A stretch of 64,000 nucleotides of DNA from Pristiophorus japonicus (GCF_044704955.1 NC_091983.1:18600001-18664000), one strand, 5' to 3'. Shown: positions 24,700 through 38,022, numbered from the stretch's first letter. The notes: generated by a model not told the origin, from the letters alone. Numbers and translations: made by a program.

Positions 24700-25497
24700 A
24701 GGGTTTAAAATTCTCATCCCTGCTTTCAAATCTCTCCATGGCCTCGCACCTCCCTATTTCTGTAACCTCCTCATTTCCGTAACCTTCTTCCGCACTACAA
24801 TCCTCCAAAATATCTGCACTCATCGAATTCTGGCCTCTTGAGCATCCCTGATTTTAATCGCTCCACCATTGGTGGCCGTGCCTTCAGCTGCTATGGCCCT
24901 AAGCTCTGGAATTCCCGTTTAAAATTCTGATGGGTTTAGACAGGTTAGATGCAGGAAGAATGTTCCCAATGTTGGGGAAATCAAGAACCAGGGGTCACAG
25001 TTTAAGGATAAGGGGTAAGCCATTTAGAACCGAGATGAGGAGAAACTTCTTCACCCAGAGAGTGGTGAACCTGTGGAATTCTCTACCACAGAAAGTTGTT
25101 GAGGCCAATTTACTAAATATATTCAAAAAGGAGTTAGATGTAGTTTTACTACTAAGGGGATCAAGCGGTATGGCGAGAAATCAGGAATGGGGTACTGAAG
25201 TTGCATGTTCAGCCATGAACTCATTGAATGGCAGTGCAGGCTCGAAGGGCCGAATGGCCTACTCCTGCACCTATTTTCTATGTTTCTATGTTTCTAAACC
25301 TTTCTGTTTATCTAGCTCTCCTACCTCATTTAAGACGATCCTTAGAACCTACCCCTTTGACCAAGCTTTTGGTTATCTGCCCTAATATCTCCTTATGTGG
25401 CTTATTGTCAAATTTTGTTTTATAACGCTGCTCTGAAGTTTCTTGGGATGTGTTACTACATTAAAGGCACTATATAAATACAAGTTGTTGTTGTTGT
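24700..25497 (+). mobile_element. L2 3' fragment interrupted by a CR1 3' end (about 24917-25295)
   Basis: L2 ...aagctctggaattccc, then CR1 GLDRLDAGRMFPMLGKSRTRGHSL, then L2 resumes aaacctttctg...(gtt)n. Confidence 0.9.
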
Positions 25498-26540
25498 GCA
25501 ATGTATAGACGTAGATAAGATGTTTCCACTTGCAGGCAAAGCCAGAACTGGGGACCATAAATATAAGGGCCCTGAAATTCCGTTTTGGCCTTCCCGGGGG
25601 CATGTTAGAGAAAAAATACGCACCTACCTTAAGCTGCTGCCCACGTTCAACTTTCCGATGCTGAGGCCTCTCCTGATTGCCAGTCGCAGCGCGTGCACGT
25701 CGACACGTGCGCAGGCCTACAGCTGGAGTCACATGGCTCTGGGCAGCCAATCAGGTAAAGTATCATAGTAATAGGAGTTCCGCAGGGCCCTAAACTCCTA
25801 TTACTACGTTTGTGATAGAGCCCCAAACACCCAAAACATTAATAAAAAATAGAAAATAATTGCACTACATTCATTTAAATTAAAGTGGTTAATGTCTTAA
25901 AAAGAATAATTTCCCAATTAAAAATTTTTTTTTTAAATAAACTTACCTTTTGTGGGGAGGTTTTTAAATAATAAAATATGTTTTAATAACTTTATTTTTA
26001 TATGTTTTTGTGTTTTTTAAAACACTGCACCTGTAAAAGTAGGCTATGCACCTGCTTTTTCAGGCGCAAGATTTTTGAGGACATTTGTAAGCGTAAGTAT
26101 CGGAAATTTCCACTTACAAGTGTCCTCGCTCCCGAGATGCAGCCAGAAACTTGACAGATCGGAAATGCCGGTTTTCAGCTCAAGCGCATTGCGCGCTGCA
26201 AACAGGCATTTCTGATACCTTCCCAGCTCTGTAGGAACTCCATTTGGACCCGGGGAGGCCGGGATTGTTGGCCCAAGATGTTCACTAATAAATCCAATAG
26301 GGAACTCAGGAGAAACTTCTTTACCCAGAGGGTGGTTAGAACCATGGAACTCGCCACCACAAGGAGTGGTTGAGGTGGATAGAGGGACAGCTAGATAAGC
26401 GCACGAGGGAGAAAGGAATAGAAAGATATGTTGATGGGGTGAGATGAAGAGGGGTAGCAGGAGGCTCTTGTGGAGCATAAACACCGACATGGATCTGTTG
26501 GGCCGAATGGCCTGTTTCTGTGCTGTAAATACTGTGTAAT
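25498..26540 (+). mobile_element. CR1 3' fragment interrupted by a MITE
   Basis: Encodes DVDKMFPLAGKARTGDHKYK before the insert and resumes ...atgttcactaataaatcc after 26277. Confidence 0.85.
25568..26274. mobile_element. Harbinger-type MITE with AAG target-site duplication
   Basis: AAG at 25565-25567 and 26275-26277; termini ggccctgaaattcc / gggattgttggccc. A related partial copy lies at about 37879-38022. Confidence 0.75.
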
Positions 26541-27409
26541 ACTTTGCAACCTTGGTCCCATCTAACCACTTTACCTCATATTCTCTTTTACCCTTTATCA
26601 ACCATGGTTGTTGTCCCCAGCTCTTCTCCTAGGATATCTCCCTAAAATATATCTCGTAATGATATGGAAAATTATGCAATTGGAGGTCTAGCTGTATGAA
26701 ACCTTTGTACAATGAGTGCTACATTTAAATCTCCCATACAGTTACATTGTAAGGATAAAGCAAGTTATCTATTTGTCCTTTTTATTTTTAGAGTGGCCTT
26801 GTTGCGTTGTGTTTTTTTTCCCCGCCGATCTGTTGAGGAGAAAGAAGAGGGCAGGTGAGAAGTCTCGAATGTTGGTTTGCACTGTGACACGATGGGACAG
26901 CGAAGGTGACTGCGGAGCACACCAAGTCGTGGCTCTGACTGAGCACCAACAGCAGCAAATAGCAATAGCTTGGCATTTGACCCCCTTGGCATTTCCATCC
27001 CACTGAAACCTAGCCGATGATATTTTACAACAAGTGCTTCGGGTTTTTTTTTTAGTTATCCGCACATTTATTTGGTATGGTTTGCTGCAAGGTAGGTATA
27101 GTGTAAACCTGGCTTCAATCTCCGTTCTGTATTCTGATATCTGAGGAAGGAGACACAATTAGAAAAAAATACAGATTCTCGATGATGATCATTTTGATTT
27201 TTTGGTTGCAAAATTATTCATTACTTGACAAACTATAACATTGTAGTTCTATATTTTTAGACCCATGATAATCTGTAAGTGCCCTTCCCTCTATGGGAAA
27301 CTGAGCCTTTAAGGAATGAATGTGCTGTTTGAATGTGTGAAAGAAAAAAAAGACTTGTAGTTCTATAGCGCCTTTCACGACCACCAGATGTCCCAAAGAC
27401 ATCTTATTG

Positions 27410-28782
27410 CAATCATATAGGACCCTGGTGAGACCGCACCTGGAGTCTTATGTACAGTTTTGGGGGCCAAAATTGCCCCCCCCCCGGCCGAAACCCGCAC
27501 GCACCACGTTTCAATGGTTTTTACCGCAGCTGTGGTTGAGGTCGCCTCTTGAGGAAAATTCTGTTCTTTGTTGTGTTTTTTATTCGGATCCATAAGTTGC
27601 TCTTAACAAGGGCGGTGATAACACGAGAGGGGCGGATACGGGGCGGTGGCAACATTTGAGGGGTGGAAGTTGAGAGCGATGCGGAGTGACCACCGCAATG
27701 ATGTCATCATGGCGCCGCGTCACCACGGCTCCCCCCCCCCCCCTTCACTTAAAGGGGAGAACCATCGCGATTTAAAAACTTCGGCCCACTGGGCCACCAG
27801 GGAGGGTTTCGGCCGGGCCAGCGGCCTGGCTCCCAAAAGGGGGTGCCAGGCTGCCTCTTGGCGGCCCAGCCGAACCTGGGGGCTTAATTGTCGGGCCGAC
27901 ATGGCAGTCAGCCAGCAAAAAAAAAAAACATGGCGGCAGCGGCAGTGAGCCCTCCCCTTTCAGGGACGCCACACCGCCGCTGCAGGAGGCCACAGTCTTT
28001 CTAGACCACCGGGAATTTCGCCGTCGGAAGGGAGGGGTGGGGGGGTGGTGTAGATTAGTGGTGCGCACAGTGATGACGCATGTACACGGATCGGCAGCAG
28101 CGGAGCAGAAGGGGGTTTATCGGGACATCGCCAAGAAACCTCGGGAGGGCAACTGGGCTAGCAATGGCCATTCCACAAAAAGTCAGCAGCCACTCCACTC
28201 GGCTGTCAATTTGCGATGGTAACAGGCCTTAAGGAGAGGGGCCATTTCGGACTCTTGGTCTCCTTACCTAAGGAAGGATATACTTGTCATTGAGTAAGTG
28301 CGACAAAGGTTCACCGGACTGATTCCTGGGATGGGGGGATTGTCCTGTGAGGAGAGATTGAGTAGTCTAGGCCTACATTCTCTCGAGTTTAGAAGAATGA
28401 GAGGTGATCTCATTGAAGCATACAAAATTCTTACAGGGCTTGACAGGGTAGATGCTGGGAGGATGTTTCCTCTGGCTGGGCAATCTAGAACCAGGGGTCA
28501 CAGTCTCAGAGTAAGGGGTCGGCCATTTAGGATTGAGATAAGGAGAAACTTCTTCACTCAGAGGGTGGTGAATCTTTGAAATTCTCTACCCCAGAGGGCT
28601 GTGGAGGCTCAGTCGTTGAGTATATTCAAGACAGAGATCGATAGATTTTTGAATATTAAGGGAATCAAGGGATCTGGGGACAGTAGAGTTAAGGTAGAAG
28701 ATCAGCAATGATCTTATTGAGTGGCAGAGTAGGCCTGGGGGAGGCTGAATGACCTACTCCTGCTCCTAATTCTTATGTTCTT
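27410..28782 (+). mobile_element. CR1 LINE 3' part interrupted by a MITE
   Basis: Encodes YRTLVRPHLESYVQFW before the insert and SPYLRKDIL...LEFRRMRGDLIE after it. Confidence 0.9.
27463..28254. mobile_element. Harbinger-type MITE with TTG target-site duplication
   Basis: TTG at 27460-27462 and 28255-28257; TIRs ggggccaaaattgcccc / ggggccatttcggactc; CpG-rich. Confidence 0.85.
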
Positions 28783-29459
28783 TACAGCCAATGAAGTACT
28801 TTATTTCTGTGTAGTCACTGTTGTAATGTAGGAAATACAGCAGCTAATTTGTGCATATTAAATTCCCACAAACAGTAACATGATAATGGACCAGATAATC
28901 TGTTTTTGTTATGTTGATTGAGGAATAAATATTGGCTAGAATACCATGATCTTTTACTGTCACCTGAGAGGGCAGATGGAGCCTTGGTTCTATGTCTCAA
29001 TCGAAAGACGACACCTCCAACAATGCAGTGCTCCCTCAGCACTGTACTGGAGTGCCAGCCTAGATTTTGTGCTCAAGTCTACTGGAGTGGGACTTAAACC
29101 CACAACCCGCTGACTCAGAGGTGAGGCAGCTACCCATTGAGCCACTGGCTGACACGTGAGCTGGGATCAGGGCGAGTTACAAATTCTTGATACAAACTTG
29201 TACATTTCTATATTTCAACAAAAAATAGTGAAATAAGGAGATACTTTGTTAATTAATATTTCATCAAAATGCACATCTTGTCACGTGTAGCAGACACAGA
29301 TTGAGATGGGTGCCAGAAAGATGGGGGAGATTGAAAATTGCATTCAAATGGATGAAAATTCATTTGATGAAAGACAGGACATGCAGATGTGCAGTTATGT
29401 CTCTATAGATGCTCAATTGCATAGGTTTTGTTTGTATGGATGATACTGGGGCTAATTGG

Positions 29460-29905
29460 GTTAAATTATGAGGATAGGTTGCACTTACTAGGCTTGTATT
29501 CCCTGGAATATAGAAGAGTAAGGTGTAATCTAATTGAGGTGTTTAAGTTGATTAAAGATTTGATAGGGTAACTAGAGAGAAACTATTTCCTCTGGTAGGG
29601 GAGTCTAGAACAAGGGGGCATAACCTTAAAATTAGAGCCACGCTGTTCAGGTGATGTCAGGAAGCACATCTTCACACACAGGGTAGTGGGAATCTGGGAC
29701 TCTCTCCCCCAAAAATCTGTTGTGGCTAGGAGGGTCAATTGAAAATATCAAAACTGAGATGAATAGGATTTTTGTTCGGCAAGAGTTTTAAGGGTTACAG
29801 AACAAAGGTGGGTAGATGGAGTTATGGTACAGATCAGCGATGATCTAATTGAATGGCAGAACAGACTCAAGGGGCCAAATGGCCTCTTCCTGTTCCTATG
29901 TTCTT
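29460..29905 (+). mobile_element. CR1 3' fragment
   Basis: ttaaattatgaggataggttgc...tctagaacaagggggcataacc...ggcctcttcctgttcctatgttc. Confidence 0.85.
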
Positions 29906-30331
29906 TCCCTTGTATGGAAATGTTGGAAGACAAATCAGTAACTTGGACAGTTATCCAATTAAGCATGTTATTTGATTAAGTGTTGATATACAGTTAAGTG
30001 GCAGGAACTGTGGTGTTTGCAATAGTTTCTTCATAAAAGCTTCATCTGGTGACAAAGTAATGTGTCAGAATACTGTTCTCATCCATAATGAACCAAGTTG
30101 GATAGTAACAGACTTAAAAAGAAGAGTCAGTAGATAAAAATGCTGGAATATAATGACATACATTCGATGCAATAGTAAGCGGCTAGCAGTGATTATATTC
30201 ATTGCATTTTTGGATATGCATCAGGCTTCAGAACTGAGCTGTGTAAAAAGTTGTGTGTTTATACAGAGAATACTTAATGAGGAAAGAATGAAATGTTATG
30301 TATTCCATGAGTGCATGAGTTACGAACGTCG

Positions 30332-30778
30332 CAACATCAACAACAACTTTCATTTACATGGCGCCTTTAACATGGTAAATTGTCCCAAGGCGCTTCACAA
30401 GCGCATTATCAACAAAATTTGATACTGAGCCTCATAAGGAGATAATAGGGCAGATTGTCAAATGCTTGGTCAAAGAGGTAGGTTTTATGGAGCTTTATTA
30501 AATGAGGAGAGAGGAAGAGAGGCGGAGATGTTCAGGGAGGGAATTCCAGAGTTTAGGGCTTAGGCAGCTGAAGGCATGGCCGCCAAGGGTGGAGCGATTA
30601 AAATCTAGGATGTGCAAGAGGCCAGAATTGGAGGTGCGCGGAGATCGCGGAGAGTTGTAGAGCAGGAGGAGTTTACAGAGATAGGGAGGGGACGAGGCCA
30701 TGGAGGGATTTGAAAACAAGAATGAGAACATTGAAATCGAGATATTGCCAGACCGGGTGAAATTTAGGTCAGCGAGCA
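30332..30778 (-). mobile_element. L2 3' fragment
   Basis: Minus frame SNSGLLHILDFNRSTLGGHAFSCLSPKLWNSLP; (caa)n tail at the left end. Confidence 0.9.
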
Positions 30779-30886
30779 AAGTAAGATTAACCTCACTGCT
30801 GCTCCCTGTTGTTTATAGCACATAAAAATGTTGACACACAAACTGACATCGAATTCATTGGAGGCATCATTTTTTTTAAACACTTA

Positions 30887-31177
30887 GGGGGAGAGACTGG
30901 GGCCATTAGTGCCTCCCGTTAGCCTGTTGGTGGCCCGGCTGAAGTCGGGGCCTTAATTGTCGGGCCGATTGGGAAATCGGCTGGCAAAAATAAACATGGC
31001 ACCGCGCGGCGGACCTTTGCTAAATTTCGCGGGGGGTGCGATGGAGGTGCGGGAGATTGGCGGTGAGCCCTGTGATGATGCACTTAGGATGGTCGGCAGC
31101 AGCAGGGCAGAAGTGGGGACCACCAGAAAACCCCCACCTGGCCGGCGCTTTCTGGCGAGGAGCTGAATTTTGGCCCC
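30887..31177. mobile_element. GC-rich MITE-like element (possibly related to about 44818-45394)
   Basis: Ends ...gctgaattttggcccc, similar to ...aattttcagcccc at 45394; CpG-rich island in an AT-rich context. Confidence 0.5.
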
Positions 31178-34100
31178 AGCCACTTTTGTGACATTTTGGG
31201 GTAAATGCTTGCGGTGAGGTGAGATGTGTTCACACTGGGGACTGGAACAGGTTTTGCGCTTCGGGAACCCGACACCAGCTCCACGCACTGCCTGGCCAGA
31301 TTTTCCATGGCCAGATGTGGGGCAGGTGAGGGGCTGAGGTAGGTTTAAGCCTTCCTCTCTTCTGCCCAAACAAGGTGATTTGTCTTAACTCCAATCTCAG
31401 AGGCACCAGCCTCCAACCATCCCAGTGTAAATCTGCAACCACCAGCCCCTGCTGTGCCACATCTAAACGAGGCCACTGATCTTAGTACCAATCGGTGCTG
31501 TGGGCTTCTACCTATCAGAGGCTGAGCCAAGGCTGGCCAGACATATTCCATTTACGACTTGCAGCCGGTAAAGAGACCCCCGTCCCCCTCACCCGCTGAC
31601 ATTTCATTAATCTAATGGAAGCACAAGTCTCAGTGTTAACAGCGCAGTGCGCTGACCCTCTATATCATGCCAGTCACGCCATCCCTTTACGAACCTAAAA
31701 TCTTTTTCCTAGTGCCTTAAACTGTAAATCATTTCTAGTCTGGAAACTTGCTTTCTTGTTGTTGGATTGTGCGCACTCCACTTTGTTAATTCCAGCGTAG
31801 TTGCCAATAGTGACAAGCCTAGCAGTGAGCTTATATGTGCCTCTTTATCAAATGAACGAAACAAGGCCAGGCTGTGCGCTGACAAGCTTTCTCTGCTGTA
31901 ATATATTGTGGATGTTGCTGGCATCCTGAGGAAACTATTATTTAATGGATCCCATTCAATCATCTGTGGAATGATCAGTTGGCATTCAATGGTTTGTGCG
32001 AACCACATTTGCTGCATAGATGATACACAGGAACAACAGAATGACCATTTTATTGCTTATCAAAACCTCACAGGTGACTCAGTCAAAATAATAGGCAGGG
32101 ATAATCAGATATTCTGCTGAAGGCGATAATTCCTGTACTGCAGTTGCTGAGGAAAGAGCTATTTGTAGAAATCAACCAACATTTGTTGAATAGTGAAAAT
32201 GTGTGATGGATAGATAATTTGGGGAGTATTCATGACGGTTCTTCGCACAAGAGATTAAAGAAATCGGGTAGAGTCAATGACAGGACAGGCAATATGGGGT
32301 CTACTATAGTGGGGTCTTCATGAGGCAACTAGCGCTTTCTCGGCGCATGACTTTTTTCAATGATGTGAACCCAGATTTCTCTTTACATCGTTATCAACAA
32401 TTTTCATTGAATAATAATCACCCTGAAAGTGTACCGTTTGTTGAATTAATCAAATGCGATCATACGAATTGTACAAAATTGTCAAAACAAGGTATGCACA
32501 TGTCTTTTCAGAACACTCAGAATTCGGTGCAGTTCTGAAGACACATAAATGGGCAGTATAAGCAGTTTTATTTAGTTATATTAATGGACATCATTACAAG
32601 TACAGAGGACACTTTAGATCCCTCATGCTCTGCACATTGCCTCCAGTGCCTTTCTAGATCTGATTAGCTGCCATTTCATCCCTCCCTTAAGCAGGGATTG
32701 ATATTTGAAATCAGTAAGCTGTCTCAGTTCCCAGTATGTTCTTCCTCAGTTGATGCACAGAGCTATTAAAAATATATAACTCTGTGAGACCCCAATGTCA
32801 AGAATGTTAAAGCATTGCTCCAAATTAGCTGTCAGTCACTATATAGGGTGAATATCCTGCCTTACCACTTCAGTTCTGTATAGCAGCCTGCATCTATCAC
32901 ATACGTCACACGGTATATGCTGGAGTATTACCAAACCTCTCTCTCCTTCCCCTTGACCTTGTCATCCGCGTGGCTTCGCTGCTCCCATCATGTTAACCAC
33001 AGATAAGGACAACTCTGACCACTCCACCTAAACCTTCCTTACCCCTCCCAACCCTACTTCCTTCTGTGCCCTCCCCTGGAAAAATACTCTCTCGCAATTC
33101 ACTTACAACGGCACTTTCAAAATCCCAACTCTCTGGCTTTTGGCCCTCCACTCACCATGACATTTCAGCAGTGACAGATTTGCTCAACCACACCCTCATC
33201 TCCACCTTTGATACCCTAGTCCCCATTAAAACCATTACTCTCTCTCACCCTGGCCATTCCCCCTGGTACAGCCCTCATCTCTGCTCCCTTAGGTCCAAGG
33301 GCCGCAGACTCGAACGGACATGGTGGTGAACTGGTTTAGCCATTCACCGCCAGCTCTGGCTGGACCACACAAAGCATTATCGCGTCCTGCTCTCATCTGC
33401 CACAACTGCTCACTATTCCAGGGTCATCTGACTTATTTTCTCGACAGCAAACCGTCTTCTTAAACCCTGAACATTTTTTCCTTCACCCTCACCTCCAACA
33501 ACAATGTGAGGATCTCATGGACTTTTTCGTAACTAAGATTGAGACCATCTGATCAGCTGCCTCTGCCACTTCCTGTTCTTCCCCTAGCCCACCGGACCAA
33601 ACTTGCTCTAAGATTCCCCCCTGCCCTAGCTCTGAACTTGCACCTTATTCTAGTTTCTCTCCTATCTTCCCTCATGCCCTCTCTGAGCTCATCTTATCCA
33701 CGAGACCAACCTCCTGCTCCCTTGACTCTATTCCCACCAAACTGCTGACCACCTAACTTCCCTTCCGGGCTACCATGTTAGCTGATATGGTAAACAGTTC
33801 CCTCACCTCAAGTATTATCCACCTCTCCTTCAAATCTGTCGCCAACACCCCTCTCCTCAAAAACAACAATCCTTGACCCCTCCGTCCTTGCAAACTACCG
33901 CCCATCTCCAACTTCCCTTTCCTCTCCAAAGCCTTTGAATGTGCAGTCACCTCACAAATCCGAGCCCATCTTCCCCGGAACTCCATGTTTGAATCCCTCC
34001 AATCAGGGATCCGTCCCTGCCATAGTACCGAAATGGCTCTTATCAAAGTCACAAATAACATCCTATGTGACTGTGACAAAGGTAACCTATCCCTCCTCGA

Positions 34101-34962
34101 CCTTCTTATCCTGTCTACAGCCTTTGACACAGGTGACCACTCCATCCTCCTTCAATGCCTCTCCACCGTCGTCCAGCTGTGTGGGACTGCACTCGTCTGT
34201 TTCCATTCTTATCGATCCGGTCATAGCCAGACAGTCACCTGCAATGGCTTCTCTTCCCGCTCCTGCACCGTTACATCTGGTGTCCCCTAAGAATCTATCC
34301 TTGGCCCTCTCCTATTTCTCATCTACGTGCTGCCCTTGGCGACATCATTCAAAAACACCGCGTTAGTTTCCACATGTACACTGACGACACCAAGCTCTAT
34401 CTCACCACAACCTTCTCTTGACTCCTCCACAGTCTATAAATTGTCAGAATGCTTGTCTGACATCCAGTACTGGATGAGCAGAAATTTCCTCCAAATAAAT
34501 ATTGGGAAGATCAAAGCCATTGTCGTTGATCACCACCACAAACTGTGTTCCCTAGCCACCGAGTCCATCCCTCTCCCTGGCAACTGTCTGAGGTTGAACC
34601 AGACTACTCGCAACCTTGGTGTCATGTTTGACCCTGATGAGCTTCTGACCACATATGCGTGCCAGCACTAAGACCGCCTATTTCCACCTCTGTAACATCG
34701 CCTGCCTCAGCTCATCTGCTGCTGAAACCCTCATCCATGCCTTTGTTACCATTAGACTTGACTACTCCAATGCACTTTTGGCTGGCCTCTCACGTTCTAC
34801 CCTCTGTAAATTTGAGGGCATGCAAAACTCTGCTGTGTCCTAACTCGCACCAAGTCTCGCTCATCCATCACCCCAGTGCTCACTGACATACAATGGCTCC
34901 TGGTTAAGCAATGCCTCAGTTTTAAAATGTTCTTCCTTGTTTTCAGATCACTGCATGGCCTC

Positions 34963-36889
34963 ATAAGAACAGAAGAACATAAGAATTAGGAACAGGAGTA
35001 GGCCATCTAGCCCCTCGAGCCTGCTCCGCCATTCAACAAGATCATGGCTGATCTGGCCGTGGACTCAGCTCCACTTACCCGCCTGCTCCCCATAACCCTT
35101 AATTCCCTTATTGGTTAAAAATCTATCGATCTGTGATTTGAATACATTCAATGAGCTAGCCTCAACTGCTTCCTTGGGCAGAGAATTCCACAGATTCACA
35201 ACCCTCTGGGAGAAGAAATTCCTTCTCAACTCGGTTTTAAATTGGCTCCCCCGTATTTTGAGGCTGTGCCCCCTAGTTCTCGTCTCCCGACCAGTGGAAA
35301 CAACCTCTCTGACTCTATCTTATATATCCCTTTCATTATTTTAAATGTTTCTATACGATCACCCCTCATCGTTCTGAACTCCAACGAGTAAAGACCCAGT
35401 CTACTCAATCTATCATCATAAGGTAACCCCCTCATCTCCGGAGTCAGCCTAGTGAATCGTCTCTGTACCCCCTCCGAGGCTAGTATATCCTTCCTTAAGA
35501 AAGGTGACCAAAACTGCATGCAGTACTCCAGGTGCAGCCTCACCAATACCCTGTACAGTTGCAGCAGGACCTCCTTGCTTTTGTACTCCATCCCTCTCGC
35601 AATGAAGGCCAACATTCCATTCGCCTTCCTGATTACCTGCTGCACCTGCAAACTAACTTTTTGGGATTCATGCACAAGGAAGCCGGTCCAGGCAGCGGGC
35701 GGTCGAGGGGGTCGTTCAACCTGACTGCCTGCCTCTCTTCCGCTCTTACATCCGGTCCAGGGTGTCCTTGGAGATGGAGCACGCGGTGTCCACCGGTACG
35801 CTCGCGGCCTTCCGCGAGAGGTGGGCACCGGAGGGACTGGAGTGCATCATCACGCCCGGCAACCAAATTTTAATTTGATTTTACGTTTTAAAGTTTAATT
35901 TGTTTTAATTGCCGGTGCTTTTAGTGTCCCCTTCCCTTTTATAGGGGGCACTGGAAAAATGTGATTTTAGCGCCCAAAAAAAAAACCCAAAAAAATGAAA
36001 AACACAAAAAAAAAGGAAAAAAGGGCCTTGTAAATGTCTGGTGTGTCACCCAGGTTGGGTGGCACGGTTTAATGTTTTATGTTTTTGCAGGTGAACTCCA
36101 AAAAGAGTTTCATGCACAAGGACCCCCAGGTCCCTCTGCACCGCAGCATGTTGTCATTTCTCCCCATTCAAATAATATATCCTTTTACTGTTTTTCTTTC
36201 CAAGGTGGATGACCTCACATTTTCCGACATTGTATTCCATCTGCCAAACCTTAGCCCATTCGCTTAACCTATCTAAATCTCTTTGCAGCCTCTCTGTGTC
36301 CTCTACACAACCCACTTTCCCACTAATCTTTGTGTCATCTACAAATTTTGTTACACTACACTCTGTCCCCTCTTCCAGGTCATCTATGTATATTGTAAAC
36401 AGTTGTGGTCCCAGCACCGATCCCTGTGGTACACCACTAACCACCGATTCCAACCCGAAAAGGACCCATTTTTCCCGACTCTCTGCTTTCTGTAAGCCAC
36501 CCAATTCTCGATCCATGCTAATACATTTCCTCTGACTCCTCGTATCTTTATCTTCTGCAGTAACCTTTTGTGTGGCACTTCATCGAATGCCTTTTGGAAA
36601 TCTAAATACATCACATCCATCGGTACACCTCTATCCACCATGCTCGTTATATCCTCAAAGAATTCCAGTAAATTAGTTAAACATGATTTACCCTTCATGA
36701 ATCCATGTTGCATCTGCTTGATTGCACTATTCCTATCTAGATGTCCCGCTATTTCTTCCTTAATGATAGCTTCAAGCATTTTCCCCACTACAGATGTTAA
36801 ACTAACCAGCCTATCGTTACCTGCCTTTTGTCTGCCCCCTTTTTTAAACAGAGCATTACATTAGTTGCTTTCCAATCCGCTGGTACCTC
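34963..36889 (-). mobile_element. CR1 LINE RT region and 3' UTR, itself interrupted by a Tx1 fragment
   Basis: Encodes QHGFMKGKSCLTNLLEFFED...YLDFQKAFD, SGVPQGSVLGPQLFTIYIDDL...KFVDDTK and LEFRTMRGD. Confidence 0.95.
35681..36108 (+). mobile_element. Tx1-clade (L1 superfamily) non-LTR 3' fragment with a 14-bp TSD
   Basis: TSD ttcatgcacaagga at 35667-35680 and 36109-36122. Open frame SRSRQRAVEGVVQPDCLPLFRSYIRSRVSLEMEHAVSTGTLAAFRERWAPEGLECIITPGNQILI* (stop 35876-35878) resembles a Tx1 ORF2 C-terminus. Confidence 0.8.
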
Positions 36890-38022
36890 CTCTCTCCCTA
36901 TCTCTGTAATCTTCCCCAGTCCTACAACCCTCCAATATATCTGTGGTCCTCCAATTCTGGCCTCTTGAGCACCCCGGACTTTAATCGCTCAACCATTGAC
37001 GGCCGTGTCTTCAGCTGCCAACGCCCTAAGCTCTGGAACTCCCTCCCTAAACCTAGCCGCCTCTCGACCTCTCTTTCCTTCTTTAAGACACTCCTTAAAA
37101 CATACCTCTTTGACCAACCACCTGCCTTAATATCTTCTTATGTGGCTCAGTGTCAAATTTATTTTCAAAACACTCCTTTGAAATGCCTTGGGATGTTTTA
37201 CTATGTTACATAAATAGTTGTTGTTGTTGTTGTGTTTATCTGACATAAGTTCTTCGACTGACTGTTGTATGAGTTAGGAACAATGGCTCTTTTATTTTGA
37301 AATGAAGCAGGATCCGGCTTCAATTTATGAAGGACAACATGGCTGCTATGAACATTGAAGTATTCCTAACAGATTTATTTAATTGTCGCTGCACTCTGCC
37401 ATGATCTCTTGTGGCCTGCTACATAGGTCAAGGCACCACAAGGGGTAGATACCCCGAATTCTCACCTGCCTCCCGAGCATATACAGCTTTTCCAATGTGG
37501 GATGGCGGCAGGCCAGATACCTCACTCTGTTAGGAACAGAAGCACTCTGGATGATATATTAGGCTAGTTTTCTAAATGAGTGCTGTCGGCAAGGAGCCTT
37601 GCCCGCTGAAGAAGCCTTGCCCACTGGCTGCACATACAGGGAAGTTATGGAGCTTGCCCACGGGTATGCACCCATTTGCCAAATCAACCTTACCCGCAAC
37701 AAACTTTTAACATTAAGCTGTTCCTGGAAACAGTACTCAGCACCTTACACCCAGGCAGTGCAGATTGGTGCTGGAACAAGAAAGTGAATGCTTCACTCCC
37801 ATGGTTTATTTGTTGTACAGTCTAAGCATTCAAGTGGAAGTCAATGAGAGGGGCCAGTCCCGCCTGCCTCTTAAAAGATGGTCCAGAAATTGCGGCCTCC
37901 CCGGGTCCATACGGAGTGTATACGGACCTGGAAGGGCATCGCAAAAGCCGGTTTTCAGCGCAGAATGCGCATGCGCTGAAAACCGGCTTTACCGATCTGT
38001 CAAGCCGGAGCTTGACAGATCA

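Larger units (their letters stand above)
27350..29155 (-). mobile_element. DeuSINE split by a CR1 insertion (tail about 27350-27409, body and head about 28783-29155)
   Basis: The tail tatagcgcctttcacgacc...gtcccaaag joins ttacagccaatgaagtac across the insert. tRNA-like head at about 29080-29155. Confidence 0.8.
32950..37232 (+). mobile_element. Long L2 LINE ORF2 remnant (about 32950-34962 and 36890-37232) split by a CR1
   Basis: Encodes LQSGIRPCHSTEMALIKVTNN...STAFDTGDHSIL...GVP and IRLDYSNALLAG. catggcctc and tctccctatctctgtaa are collinear across the insert. Confidence 0.92.
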
